Of a stretch of 64,000 nt of DNA, positions 51,380-63,436 are shown in pieces; position 1 is the first letter of the stretch; each line of letters begins with the position of its first letter. The translations under genes were made by a program, and so were the position numbers. The notes under the pieces were generated by a model, which had not been told where the DNA came from, searched no databases, and saw only the letters and a list, made by a program, of their open reading frames with translations. Origin of the DNA: Chiloscyllium plagiosum (taxonomy: Eukaryota); NCBI RefSeq assembly GCF_004010195.1, contig NC_057749.1:7337416-7401415 (forward strand). Direction: 5' to 3'.

Positions 51380-51585
51380 GTTAGGGCTGCAGATGCTGGC
51401 AGCCAGAATCAATAGATGTGAAGTTGGAAAAACACAGCAGGTCAGACAGCACCCGAGGAACAGAAAAGTCAATGTTTCCAATTGAAACCCTTCATTCTGA
51501 CAAAGGGTTCTGGCACAAAACATTGACTTTCCTGCTCCTCAGATCCTGGTTGACCTGCTGTGCTTTTCCAGCTTCACATCCAGAT
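51380..51585. mobile_element. Fold-back PLE pLTR, family A, degenerate
   Basis: cacagcaggtca ... tgacctgctgtg in inverted orientation. Confidence 0.75.
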
Positions 51586-51619
51586 ATTCAATTTAGTAAT
51601 TTAGTGAAAAGAGATTGAG

Positions 51620-52120
51620 CCCCCAACAACACAACACATTCCTGGGCTTGAGCCAAGAACCTCTGAAGATAGAGGTGAGCGTGCAATTTAAATATTGCTC
51701 AAAAGAGAGGCACACCTGTCATCCACTCTTCAGGATACACTCCAGAATATCAAATTGCAAATTAGAACAATTTATACAACAGGAGATAAAGATGATTGGT
51801 TAGCAAGTTGCCTCTGATTGGCAGAGGCATTGCCATAGTGAAAGCAACAGACACTGGGCTTCCCAAGCTCCTGCGTAATAAAAAAAAGAATGCAAGGCTC
51901 AAACATGTTTACTTTGTTACTATCTTTTAATTTTTTGGGGGGGTGCCAATTGTTTCTTTATGGTAATTCCACATCCAATTCAGCTGCCAACAAATTAGCA
52001 CCTTTTCCTCTGACAGTATAAAAGTTGTGATTGTTTGAAATTTGGCATTCTTGCATTTGTCCTGATGAGTACAGAGACAAAAAAAATCTTCAGCCAAGTC
52101 TCCCTTTCCTCAGCAAGATT
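51620..52120 (+). mobile_element. Possible PLE 3' end/pLTR with decayed hammerhead
   Basis: tataaa then cctgatgagt...gac(a)aaa at about 52060. Confidence 0.35.
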
Positions 52121-52529
52121 CATAATAGGAAAAGGTTACTTACTGAATTGAGTTAACTCATTTTACATCTTGCTCCATTGAGTGGTTGTCCATGGGGACC
52201 ACTGTCTAATCCATTGTAAAATGCCAATTGGGATTAGTGACTCATCACATTTTGCTGTTGGGAGAGACCGCAAGAATTTAATTAGCAAAGCATTCAAGCT
52301 TTCCTCTCTTGTTTTGTTTCTTCCCAGACTCTTACCTTCTGACACATGCACTCCAACCTTCCAAACTGGAGAGTTGAGAAAATTCAATGGCACTGAATCC
52401 AAGTGAACAGCTACACAGCTAAATGGAGTAAGCTGCTAAACATAAATTGGTAGGAGGAGGGGGATTGTAGCCATTCAGATACTGACTGAACTGTATTGTA
52501 GCCACAATTGCATGATTGCGATGCAGAAA

Positions 52530-52860
52530 TTCATCAAAGATTCCTCAGACAGCATCTTCCAAACCTATGACCACTTCCATCTAGAAGGAAAAGTACAGCA
52601 GATACATAGGAACACTACTGTCTGTAAGCTCGTCTCTAAACCACTCACCATCCTGACTTGGAAATATATCGGCGTTTCTTCACTGTCACTGTGTCAAAAT
52701 CCTGGAATTGTCTCCCTCATGGCATTGTGGGTCAACCCACAGCAGATGAACTTCAGTGGTTCAAGGGGGCAGCTCACCCCCACCTTCTCAAGGGACAACT
52801 AGGGACGTGCAATAAATGCTGGTCCAGCCAGCAACACCCACATCCCACAAAAAGAATTTT
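52530..52860 (+). mobile_element. CR1/L2-group LINE 3' end (SINE-B partner)
   Basis: SKSWNCLPHGIVGQPTADELQWFKGAAHPHLLKG. Confidence 0.75.
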
Positions 52861-53122
52861 AAAAATGTAGCATGAGCATTTTCCGCAATGGAGACGGGCA
52901 GAGGAAGTACTGTCCAGTTCAAAAATAATATGCTTCAGCTAGTGATGGGTGATAACGCCAGGATTTCTATTCTATTTGAAAATAGGGGAAAGAAGTCAAA
53001 TTTAAATAACAATGAACCTTCACAATGAGATCTGCAGCACTGGATCAGGTCGCATCCCACAATTAAATGTTTGTGCTAGAGAAAATCGGGATACTTGGCA
53101 AAACTCAACTGCAGTAATTGTT

Positions 53123-53232
53123 CACAAACAAAAACAGAAATTGCTGTAAAAGCTCAGCAGGTCCAGCAGTATCTGTGGAGAGAAATCAGAGTTAGCGTTT
53201 TAGGCTGAGTGACCCTTCCTCAGAATTGTTTT
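53123..53232 (-). mobile_element. PLE pLTR insert, family B
   Basis: Perfect 13-bp TSD tgcagtaattgtt at 53110-53122 and 53233-53245. Confidence 0.85.
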
Positions 53233-53666
53233 TGCAGTAATTGTTAATTCCTCTGACTTTTGGCTTTGCTGTTGTCCAAAGTGAGTAATGACGTGGAGGT
53301 GCCAGCGTTGGACTGGGGTGGGAAAGGTTAAAAATCTCAGTGAGTAAGGCAGGCATCCTTCATCTGTCCCATATCCTCAGCCTCATCATAGTCTGTATGA
53401 GTGGGTTATCTTTTGAGGAAAGGCTGGGTTGGTGCACTCAATGTTGGTTAAAAGAGGAGTGGTCATTTAATTGAAATGTAAAAGGATCCTGAATGGTCTT
53501 AAGAAGGTGGACTTAGAAAAGATGTCTCCTGATGTAGAGTCTAAAATTAGGGGTCAGAGGAGAACATTCTTTAATCTCTCAGGGGGTTGAGAGACTTTGG
53601 AATTCTTTATCTTAGACATTCAGTGGACAGTTGATGGTTTGAATATATTTAAGGGGGAGGTCGACA

Positions 53667-54046
53667 AACCAGCCTTCCATCCATTGACTCCATCTATACT
53701 TCCCACTGCCTCGGGAAAGCAACCAACATCATCAAAGACCCTTCCCCACCCCAGTTATAATCTTTTCCAACTTCTTCTGTCAGGCAGAAGATACAAAAGA
53801 TTAAACACACCATGTCAAAAGATTTAAGAACAGCTTCATCCCCTCTGTTATTAAACGTCTGAATGGAGCTAGGAATGGAGCTCTCAAATTTTAAACTTAA
53901 TATTGATCTTGCTCTCTGTGCACCTTCTCTGCAGCCATAACATTGTATTCCTCATTCTGTTCTATGGTCATAATGCATTTTGTATGGTATGGTCTGCCTG
54001 TCGTGCACACAAAACCTAGGTACATGTGACGATGATAATCAAATCA
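53667..54046 (+). mobile_element. Rex1/Babar-like LINE 3' end
   Basis: SIDSIYTSHCLGKATNIIKDP..YNLFQLLLSGRRYK..FKNSF; tail gtacatgtgac. Confidence 0.8.
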
Positions 54047-54049
54047 GAC

Positions 54050-54183
54050 CTTCGTCCGGAGGCTCCCTGAAGATGTTACCCAGTATGGTGACAAAACATC
54101 TGAAAATGAACCTTCCAAATCAGCAAGCAAACCTACATCCAGAACCTCAACCTGAGCTATAAATCTTCTCAAAACTCACTAAT
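54050..54183 (+). mobile_element. PLE pLTR, hammerhead family C
   Basis: CTGAAGA-t-gttacc(cagtat)ggtgac-aAAAc. Confidence 0.6.
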
Positions 54184-55291
54184 AGTTTTTTTTTGTTCAG
54201 CAAGGGAATTAAAGGCGATTAGAAGTAGATGAAAATATAAAATTCAACATACAACCTTATCAAATGATGGAGCAAGCCCAAGTGGCTAAAAAGTCTACTC
54301 TTTCTCCCAATTTGCATCAAGTCACTTAAAAATCAAAACGTTACTATAGGCATTGCTGACATTTCAACATTAAAACCAGTCAAATAATTAAAGCAGATAT
54401 AGGCTAAAATAAGTGTTTAATTATTCATTAAGTAATGTGGACATCACTACAGACAGCATCTCTGCTGTTACGACCTCCTCTCTGTGTGAACTTGTCTCTG
54501 CCCCCTCGCTCACTCATTCTCTGCAGTTCATTAAAGCCAAGTCAAAATGGCCTAGCAGTTATCTCTCCAGCTGACTGGTTCATCGTTTAACGTCAAACTC
54601 TTGACTTTTTGGAATTGCCTTTTTGAATTCATTATTCAAAATGACGTTCTGACCTTTAAAGGAAAAGAAAGCCAGGCCTTCGCAGAATTGAAACAGAAAA
54701 TTCATTTTTCCTTCATCTTAGAACCCATGCAACCAAATACCATATTCTCATGCCTTCATCACAGCTACCAAATAAGTCTCACTCTCCTGCCCTCTGTCCG
54801 TAACTCTTCATTAATTTGTTCCTTTTGCTATTTATCTGGTTACTTACAAACATTACCATAATGAATCAACTTCCACTGCCCTTTCTAGTAGTGCATTTCA
54901 GATCAGTCCGACTATGAGCTAAGGATGAGCTGCGTAATGAAAGTAAAGTCCACCAGTGCTTCCCAGCCAAGTATCTCTGGATATATGATGTCATTAGCCA
55001 TTAGTGTGCCCTGTGTGAACAGCTTCTTCCATTTGTTACCTGGATTAATATCACAAGATGATAGCATGAATGATACTGTCAAGAAATCACATGTACTGGG
55101 GTAGTTGAAGACATCATATCCTAATTGCATGAATGGGTTTATTTTCTGTCCACATTAGAACAACAAATCTATTTGAAAGGTACATTTAAAGTTCCTGATC
55201 ACTGAGCAGCCTCAAACTTAATAGCAAATTAATTTCCATAATGTTCTGATGTGCCACTAAATTATGCATCGTGGTTATCAGTCTTGGTTGT

Positions 55292-55630
55292 AGAGAGAGA
55301 CAGAGAGAGACTGTGTGTGTGTGTGTGTGTGTGTGTGTTGTGTATACAAGTGTATAAGAATATGTGAGAGACAGGGACACAGAGAGAAACAGAGAGATAT
55401 GCAGAGAGAATGAGAGAGAGATACACACAGAGAAACAGAGAGAGAGATAGATGGAGAGAGAGAAAGAGAGAGAGAGAGATAGAAATAGAGAGAGTGAGAG
55501 AATGACAGAGAGAGAAAGAGACAGAGAGAAATGCACACAGAGAAACAGAGTGAGAGGGATATAAAGAGAGAGAAAGAGATACATAGAAATAAAGATAGGG
55601 AGAGACAGACAGAAGGAGAGAGACACATAC
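55292..55630. repeat. (GT)n plus GA-rich low-complexity tract
   Basis: Seen directly. Confidence 0.95.
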
Positions 55631-55674
55631 ATGCATGCATCATCCCCTTTCACAGATGAGGTAAAGGGAGAGAA

Positions 55675-56050
55675 TGGGAGATGGTCTTTTAGTGATAATG
55701 TCACTGGACTGTAATCCAGAGGCCCAGACTAATGCTCCTGGGGGCATGAGGTCAATGCCCATCATAACTGGAAGAATTTAAATTCAAGCAATCAACATTT
55801 GTAATATCACACTAGTCTCATTAAGAGTGACTATGATAGCTATCATCAATTGGAGTAAAAACCCACTTGGGTCACAAATACCCTTTGTCATGAATACCAG
55901 TCAACCCTACCCAATTTGATGGACATGCAATCCCAGACTGCGATTGATTCTTGAGTGCCCTCTGAAATGTTCTAGCGAGGCAAAGGCAATTCTGGACAGG
56001 AAACAAATGGTAGCCTTGTCACATGCTCCCCATCTCATGAAAGGATAAAG
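55675..56050 (+). mobile_element. SINE family B, old
   Basis: gtcactggactgtaatccagaggcccag head; degenerate body. Confidence 0.6.
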
Positions 56051-56096
56051 AAAAGTCCTTCATTTCCCTTTTGCCTCAATTTGCTGACCGCTAAAA

Positions 56097-56543
56097 TGGA
56101 TGCTGCCTGACCTGCTGCGCTTTTCCAGCAACACATTTTCAGCTCTGATCTCCAGCATCTGCAGACCTCACTTTCTCCTCAAAGATTTGAACGTACTGCG
56201 AATCCTCTTACAAGGATGCCTTCCTTGAAGAAGCTCTCTTCCTCCCTCTACAAATATTTCAGTGAGTCCCTCTCTCACTGCACCCCCCAGGTCTTCTCCT
56301 CTGCACAGAAGCTCTTCAGCCACATTCTCAAACAGACTCGTTACCACAGCCACATCTCCTTCCTCAGCACCTGCCTACGGAACCGATTGATCCCACACGG
56401 ACTCCGGACTCCGTTCCGACCAACAAAACTTGGACCCAACCAGGATTCCTGAAGAAGGGCTTATGCCCGAAACGTCGATTCTCCTGTTCCCTGGATGCTG
56501 CCTGACCTGCTGCGCTTTTCCAGCAACACATTTTCAGCTCTGA
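56097..56543 (+). mobile_element. PLE mini-element: pLTR - ORF N-terminus - hammerhead pLTR (direct repeat)
   Basis: Identical 52-bp repeats at 56097-56148 and 56492-56543; ORF 56216-56452 with HISFLSTCLRNRLIPHGL; TSD ctgacc(g/a)ctaaaa. Confidence 0.85.
56440..56487 (+). ncRNA. Minimal hammerhead ribozyme, intact core
   Basis: caggattc-CTGAAGA-a-gggc(ttat)gccc-GAAA-CG-TC-gattctcctg. Confidence 0.75.
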
Positions 56544-56575
56544 CCACTAAAAGAAGCCTTTCCAAAGCATTAGTA

Positions 56576-56730
56576 AAAACTGAAAGAACTGCGGATGCTG
56601 GAAGTCAGAAACAAAAAGAGAGAAATTGCTGGAAAAGCTCAGCAGATCTGGCAGCATTTATGGAGAGAAATCAGAGTTAACTTTGCGGGTCCAGTGACCC
56701 TTGCTCAGAACTGGTTCCTCCTCAGTTCTG
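56576..56730 (-). mobile_element. PLE pLTR insert, family B
   Basis: Flanked by gcattagta repeats. Confidence 0.75.
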
Positions 56731-56808
56731 AAGGCATTAGTAGATAGATACATGACAATTCCAAAGTTCATTGAATAATCTTTTAGGGCTAGCTTGGCAT
56801 CCATTCAT

Positions 56809-57030
56809 GAATGAATGAATTATTTGTCACATTTATCTTACAATGAGAAGAACAATAAAACACAGTGAAAAAGTTTTTCAATTTTGCCATGATCCGGCTC
56901 CATCTTGAATAATTTCAAAATAAGGGACAAAAAAAAAATAGAATGATAAAACAAAAAGAGAATCCAACAGAAAAGTGGTCGGAGTGGAAGAGCTCCAGCA
57001 CAGTAGCTCTATTCTGCCACCATCTTGAAC
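56809..57030 (-). mobile_element. Short CAAGATGG-headed, Rex1-tailed retroposon
   Basis: gccaccatcttg at 57016-57027; (attc)n tail; cattcat TSD at 56802-56808 and 57033-57039. Confidence 0.6.
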
Positions 57031-58086
57031 AACATTCATAGAATCAGTGGATGGCTGATGGAAACAACAATGGAAGAATCATTGATTATTGATGGAAGGA
57101 CACCATTCTGCCCATCACAGCTGTACCGGTTCCAGGAAAGAGCCACTGAGTTAGTTCCACCCTTACCCCCTAGCCCCTTCAGGTATACACCCAGTCCATG
57201 TGAAGTTCAGAAGGACAGGTGAATGCGGCCCACCTAACAGGAGCTGATTCCAGTCAAAAAGGTAAAGAAATATTCTCCCACACGCCTCCATCCTTCAAAA
57301 CGAGAACAACATTCAGTCAGCATGAACTACCGGGAAATATCAGGCGAGAGCCCATTTGATTTAACTTCTGCCTGAGGAGGCCAGAGTTTAAGTACCTCGA
57401 AGTGAACAACATAAGCCTTTTGTTTTATAGTTCCTGTCAAAGCTGCCAAACGGAATCTTAAATCTGACATTCCTTGCCTTTTCTGTTTTCAGACTGGCAA
57501 TAGATTTGACGTTACCTCAAAGGAAAATGTGTACTTATTTTGTTTTTATTTATGCAGGGATTTTGTTTCAATTTCCAGATTGAATTTCCTGTCCCCGCAG
57601 AAGCCATTCTGAGAAAATGTTAAAACACATTCCCTAGCGAAAGATTCAGGGTCTACAGTGAAGGAGCTGGCTCATGTAACAAGAGCAACATTTGCATGGA
57701 AGAGGATAAAGTTTACACTTTTCTTAAAATAAGAATATTGCAAAACCTGAGTCAGAGCTTCCTAAACTTTCTCTCATTTTAATGTCTCACACTTTGAGTG
57801 ACTTCGAGTCCTCATCACAGTTATTACACTCAGTTTGACTAAAATACTTAGCTTTTCATAGTTTCTCTTCTTGAAGTGAGAATCAGGCCTATAAAAAATC
57901 AGCCTGTTATCCTCACAGGCACTAGCACATCACTTGAGCTCCATAGCAACCACCACTGCCTGAGAGCTCATGACCCCCCAAAGTCTCACCTCGTAACCTC
58001 ATTGGTGCGTTAACTCAGGCCAACACTGCTCATAACACTGCTCAGAAACCCATGCATACACAAAGAGAACATGCAAACTCCACACA

Positions 58087-58330
58087 GTCATAGAGTCATA
58101 CAGCATGGAAACAGGCCCTTCAGCCCAAACTGGTTCATGCTGACCATGGTGCCAACTCAGTTCGTTTCAATTGCCCACATTTGGTCCATATCCCTTTAAA
58201 CCCTTCCATCCACGTACCTGTTCAATGTTTTTTAAATGTTGCTATTGTACCTGCCTCAACCATTTTCTCCAGCAGCCCAGTCCAAACTCGCTGCATGAAG
58301 AAGTTGCCCCTTAGGTCCTTTTTAAGTCTT
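58087..58330 (-). mobile_element. CR1 3' end
   Basis: DLRGNFFMQRVWTGLLEKMVEAGTIATFKKH. Confidence 0.85.
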
Positions 58331-58334
58331 AAGG

Positions 58335-60502
58335 GTGCAGGGGCATTCTTAAGGGGGGAAATCTGGACGGCAAAAAAGGGGCTATAAGATAGCCTTGGCA
58401 GATAAAGTGAAAGATAATTCAAAGAGATTCTACAAGTACATTAAGAGCAAAAGAGCAACTCGGGAGAGAATAAGGCCCATTTCAGATCAATGAGGTTGTC
58501 TATATGTAGAACCACAGAAGATGGGAGAGATTCTAAATAAACATTTTGCATCAGTTTTTTACTGTAGAGGAAGAAATGGATGCTAGGGAACTCAATGAAA
58601 ACAGTCCACGTTATAGAACAGGAGATGCTGGAGGTCTTAAAAAATATAAAGATGGATAATTCTTTGGAACCTGATCAAGTTTATACTGGGACATTGTAGG
58701 ATGTTAGGTAAGAAATTGCGGCGGTGTTAGGGGAGATATTTGTGTCATCTACAGCCACGAGTGAGGTGCCGGAAGACGGGAGGGTGGCTAATATGATTAG
58801 ATTAGATTCCCTATAGTATGGAACAGGCCCTTTAGCCCAACCAGTCCACACCTACCCTCCGAAGAGTAACCCACTCAGGCCCATTTCCCTCTGACTAATG
58901 CACCTAACACAATGGGCAATTTAGCATGGCCAATTCACCTGACCTGCACATCTTTGGATTGTGGGAGAAAAGCAAAGCACCCAGAGGAAACCCACGCAGA
59001 CACAGGGAGAATGTGCAAACTCCACACACTCGCCCGAGGCTGGAATCAAACCTGGTACCCTGGTGCTGTGAGGCAACAGTGCTAACCACTGAGCCACCAT
59101 GCTGCCCCAAATATGGTGCCTTTATTTAAAAAGGTTGGAAAGAGAAACCTGGGAACTGTAAGCCTGTTAGCCTGATGTCAGTGGTGGGTAAGTTGGCTAG
59201 AAGAGATTCTGAGAGATCGGATTTATATGCATTTGGAGAGGCAAGAACTGATTAGGGATAGTCAGCATGGCTTTGTACATGGGAAACCGTGTCTCACAGA
59301 CCTGCCTGGGTTTTCTCAGGACAGAATCAAAACGATTGATGAGGACAGAACGGTAAACATTATCTGTATGGTCTTTAGTAAAGTCTTTGACAACGTTTCA
59401 CAAGGTAGGCTGATTAGAAAAGTTAGATCACATGGGATTCAAGGAGAGCTTGCCAATTGGATGCAAAATTGGCTTGATGGTAGGAGACTGAGGGCAATGG
59501 CGAAGGGTGGTTTATCGGACTGTGATCAACGGTATTCCATGGACACCGGTGCTGGTCATTTACATGAGTGATTTGGAGGACAATTTAGCAGGCATGGTTA
59601 ATAAGTTTGCGGATGATGCAAAAATTGATGGTATAGTAGAGTGTGAAGAAGGTTATCTAAGAGTACAAAGGGATCTTAATCAATTGGACAATTGGACTGA
59701 GGAGTGGCAGAAGGAATTTAATTTGGATAAATGTGAAGTATTGCATTTTGGTAAAACAAACAAGGTCAGGATTTATAGAGCTAATGGTTGAGCCCTGGGG
59801 AGTGTTGTCAAACAGAAAGACCTAGGTGTTCAGGTACATAGTTCTTTGAAAGTTGCATCACAAGTAGACAGGGTGGGTAAGAAGATGTTTAGCACACTTG
59901 TCTTCATTGCTCAGATCATTGACTATTGGAGTTGGGATGTCATGTGGAGGTTGTATAGGACGTTGGTAAAGACTCTTTTGGAGTACTGTGTATGGTTCTG
60001 GTCACCCTGCTAGAGGATAGATATTATTAAAATGGAGAGGTTCAGAAAAGATTCACCAGGATGTTGCTGGTACTGGAGGGTTTGTGTTACAAAGAGAGGC
60101 TGGATAGGCTGGGACCTTCTTCACTGGAGCATCAGAAGTTGAGGGGTGACCTTACACAGGCTTATAAAATCATGAGGGGTATGGATAAGGTGTACATCAA
60201 AGGTCTTTTCCCTACAGTGGGGGAGTTCAAAAGTATGGGTCATATTCTTAAGGTGAGAGGAAGAAGATTTAAAAGGGACATGAGGGACAACTTTTTAACA
60301 AAAGAGGTGACTCGTATGTGGAATGAACGGTCAGAGGAAGTGGTAGATGCAGGCACAGTTACAACATTTAAAAGACATGAATCGGGAAGGTTTAGAGGGA
60401 CGTGGGCCAAACTCAGGACAGTAGATTTAATTTAGTTTGGGAAAATTGGTCGGCATGGACGAATTGGACCAAAGGATCTATTTCCATGCTTTATGGCTCT
60501 AT
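58335..60502 (+). pseudogene. CR1 ORF2 (RT) pseudogene with 3' tail
   Basis: KRFYKYIKSK, SQHGF..GKPCLT, FSKVFDNV, KFADDAKI, KCEVLHFG; stops and frameshifts. Confidence 0.93.
58796..59107 (-). mobile_element. HE1 V-SINE nested in CR1
   Basis: Full copy; aatatg on both flanks. Confidence 0.9.
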
Positions 60503-62496
60503 AATAATTTTGTACTGATATTTTATATATATATACACACACACGATCTGAAGAGAAACCAGAGCATACTAACTTGACACTTCAATATTATTTTGGGCTT
60601 GATTTTTCCCTGCATTGAGAGAGACACCACTGCTTGATACACTGCCAAGTTCACCTATCACTGAAATAATTTTTTTCCTCGATCACATCAGAAAAGGTCA
60701 AATGTGATTGGTCACTGTTTAATGAGCAGTTATCAAAGCACTGAATCAGCCAGATGAAGACTCTCTCTGATTTACAACAGTTTTATCATTGAACTGCAGT
60801 GCAGTGAAGTCCTGATTTCCCCTTCCGTGCAGCTCTGCTTCCTAACTACAAGCCCAATCCCATACTGGGGAAAAACCCAGCTGCTTTTTATTTTGAGAAT
60901 AGAGCGACTATCAATTTAACAATTTTTTTTCAAATTAATCAATCTGTAAGTACTGACCGACAGAAGCAGTATTAAAGCTGCAAAATAAAAGTCAAGGTAG
61001 GTGGTGAACAAGGGAGAGTCTGAATCAAAGTAATGTTCGACGGGGAGGTAAAGCACTCAAGCCCCCCGCCGTGCTTACCTCTCTCTAAAAGCCTCGAGGT
61101 TATTGGTCATTAACACATGCTCCCTCTTTAACTATGTCTCAGTATGGCGAAAATACAGCTCTTTCATTTTATTGTAATAAACCTACCGTCAAATCTCCCA
61201 ATTAACAAACAACAAGCAACTGGTCATAATATCAAAAATCAAAAAGAAAAGATTGGAAACAAAATCAAAATAGCGATGGAGCGGGGATTAATGCATCCCA
61301 GTCCCTACCCACTGAAAGTTTCAAGGCACTGCATTCTCCTTCTCCCAAGGATACCAGGCACAGAGAAACCGTAGCTTTTTCATTGCAGTCTGAGAAACCC
61401 GCCACCAAATCACCCACTTAACTCATCAGCAAATACCAAACATTTGGGACAATGTAATATTTTGTTTCTTTAAAACAGCTCCCGCCAGGGGCAGTGAAAC
61501 AATCAGCAAAAGAAGGTGGAGAAAGGAAATGAGGGGCTAAGTCCAAATTAGTGTTAGAGCAGGAGATGATGCAGTCCTCAAAACACATCTGAATGTCAAA
61601 CATTGTCAGTCACAGCCGTTGCCTGTGTGTTAAACATGTTCGTTATTGCATCTAAAACTAGGACAATCCTTATACTTCACTCCTGTTAATAACTTGAATG
61701 TGCTTGCAATAAAGTATTGCTATCCCCCCTGGATCCCACAGCATGTAAATTCTGACTGGACAAACATCTGCCTCTATTTAAGGAAAAGTTTATTTCCCAA
61801 GGTAGAGAATGGAATGGTTGCTTTTCATTCATGCTAACTATTTCTATTGACTATTTATTTATAGATAGTACTACCACAACATGCCAGGGGAAAAAAGTAC
61901 TGAAAGGACAAGCCCAGGTGGTAAGCTGCTTAGTTGCGAATACATAGAGGCCAGGGCTAGAATTGTATCAAAGTCTATTGAGGAAAGTGAAAGTAAATCC
62001 ATTGCATTGCCAATGTGTAGCAATGGTTGTCCCACGTTATTGCCCGCTATAAACAACTTGCACTTATACAGCAGTTTTTTGATTAGGATAATAAAACATC
62101 CCAAATATGCTTCAAAGGAGATTTACCAAATTTAAAAAAAAAACCTTGGTGCCACACAATGAGATATTATGCCAGAAATCAAGAGGAAGATTTCTTAAAG
62201 AAACCCTTTAAGAAGCTGTGAGGTTGAGAGATGGAGAGGTTTAGGGAGGCAGTTTAGACCTCAGGACCCAAGTAACTGGATGTAGAGCTTCCAATTAAGT
62301 TGGAGGGTGGAAGAGACCATTAAGACAGAGATGTGAAAACCTGGAAAAGAATTTTAAAAATTAAGAATGGAAATTAATCTCTGTGTGAAAACAAAAGGGT
62401 GTTAGAATCATTGACCTTGGTGTGACATGGTCTAATTTGGAAGACGTGATTCTACTCCTGTTGAAAGAATTGTACTACATAGCCAGCAATGAAATT

Positions 62497-62700
62497 AGTT
62501 TAATCAACCTGTTCAATCATATCAAGACATATCAGGTCAGGTGAACCGGGATCTTCTAGCCTAGAGATATGGATATTACCACTGTGCCACATAAACACCA
62601 TATCTGTTCAACTGTGTTATTACACATCTCTGGAGCAGATTAGGATTTGAACTTGCGCCCCTGGCTCAGAGGTAAGGACACTACCATTGTAAGAGCCCTT
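62497..62700 (-). mobile_element. Dimeric tRNA-derived short repeat
   Basis: Two units of about 100 bp with tggtagtgtcc/gtggtaatatcc A-box and gttcaaatcc-like B-box, each ending tgaacag. Confidence 0.5.
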
Positions 62701-63436
62701 ACAGCAGGGAATAAACAATTGCGTAAGCCAATAAGTGTTGTGTGCAGCTTTAAGTGCCACAGGGGGTCCATTTATGGTAAATAAGAAGAAATTGGATACC
62801 AGTGATTCTATGATTTTAAACGGGAGAAACGAAATATATCATCAATGGTTGTCACATCATGGTGCAGATGGGATAATGAAGCAACAACTAATGTCAGAGA
62901 ATGAAACTTTTCTGTCAAGGTAATTACATTTTGAAATGGCAGTGGCATTAAATTATTAAATTCCATAACATTTTCCTTTTATGCCACTCTAACCTTTTAG
63001 ATACGCTCCACATTTCATTATCTTTTTATATCAGCAATCAATATATTCAGTTGCAGTTGGTAGCAGAGAAGGGTTCGTTGCAACACAGGAGCTTGTGAGA
63101 AACTTCAAAGTCCAAGGTATCATTCTCATGGTGAAGTGCAGAAATTAAGCTGAAGTCAATTGCCACCCAGTTTAGAAATAAGTGACTGAATCATGCTAGA
63201 AATCGGCTAAGTATCAATTTTGGCAAGTTTCACACCAGGAGGCCATACGAGTTTTGTCACACTATCTTTCTGAACTTACCTCAATGCCTGAGCACAATGC
63301 GCCACACACCCTGGTGGAAGTACTGGGCACTGCCGGGATAACCCTGAATCCTTGGCACCGGAACTATACTTTGAAGGCAGTTGTGCACCCCTTCCAGAGC
63401 TGCATTGCACAGTTTGTGCTGTTTGCCCAGGACACA

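Noticed and set aside
55186..55704. Hydrophobic Ser/Leu-rich ORFs
   Set aside because: GA-rich low-complexity tract
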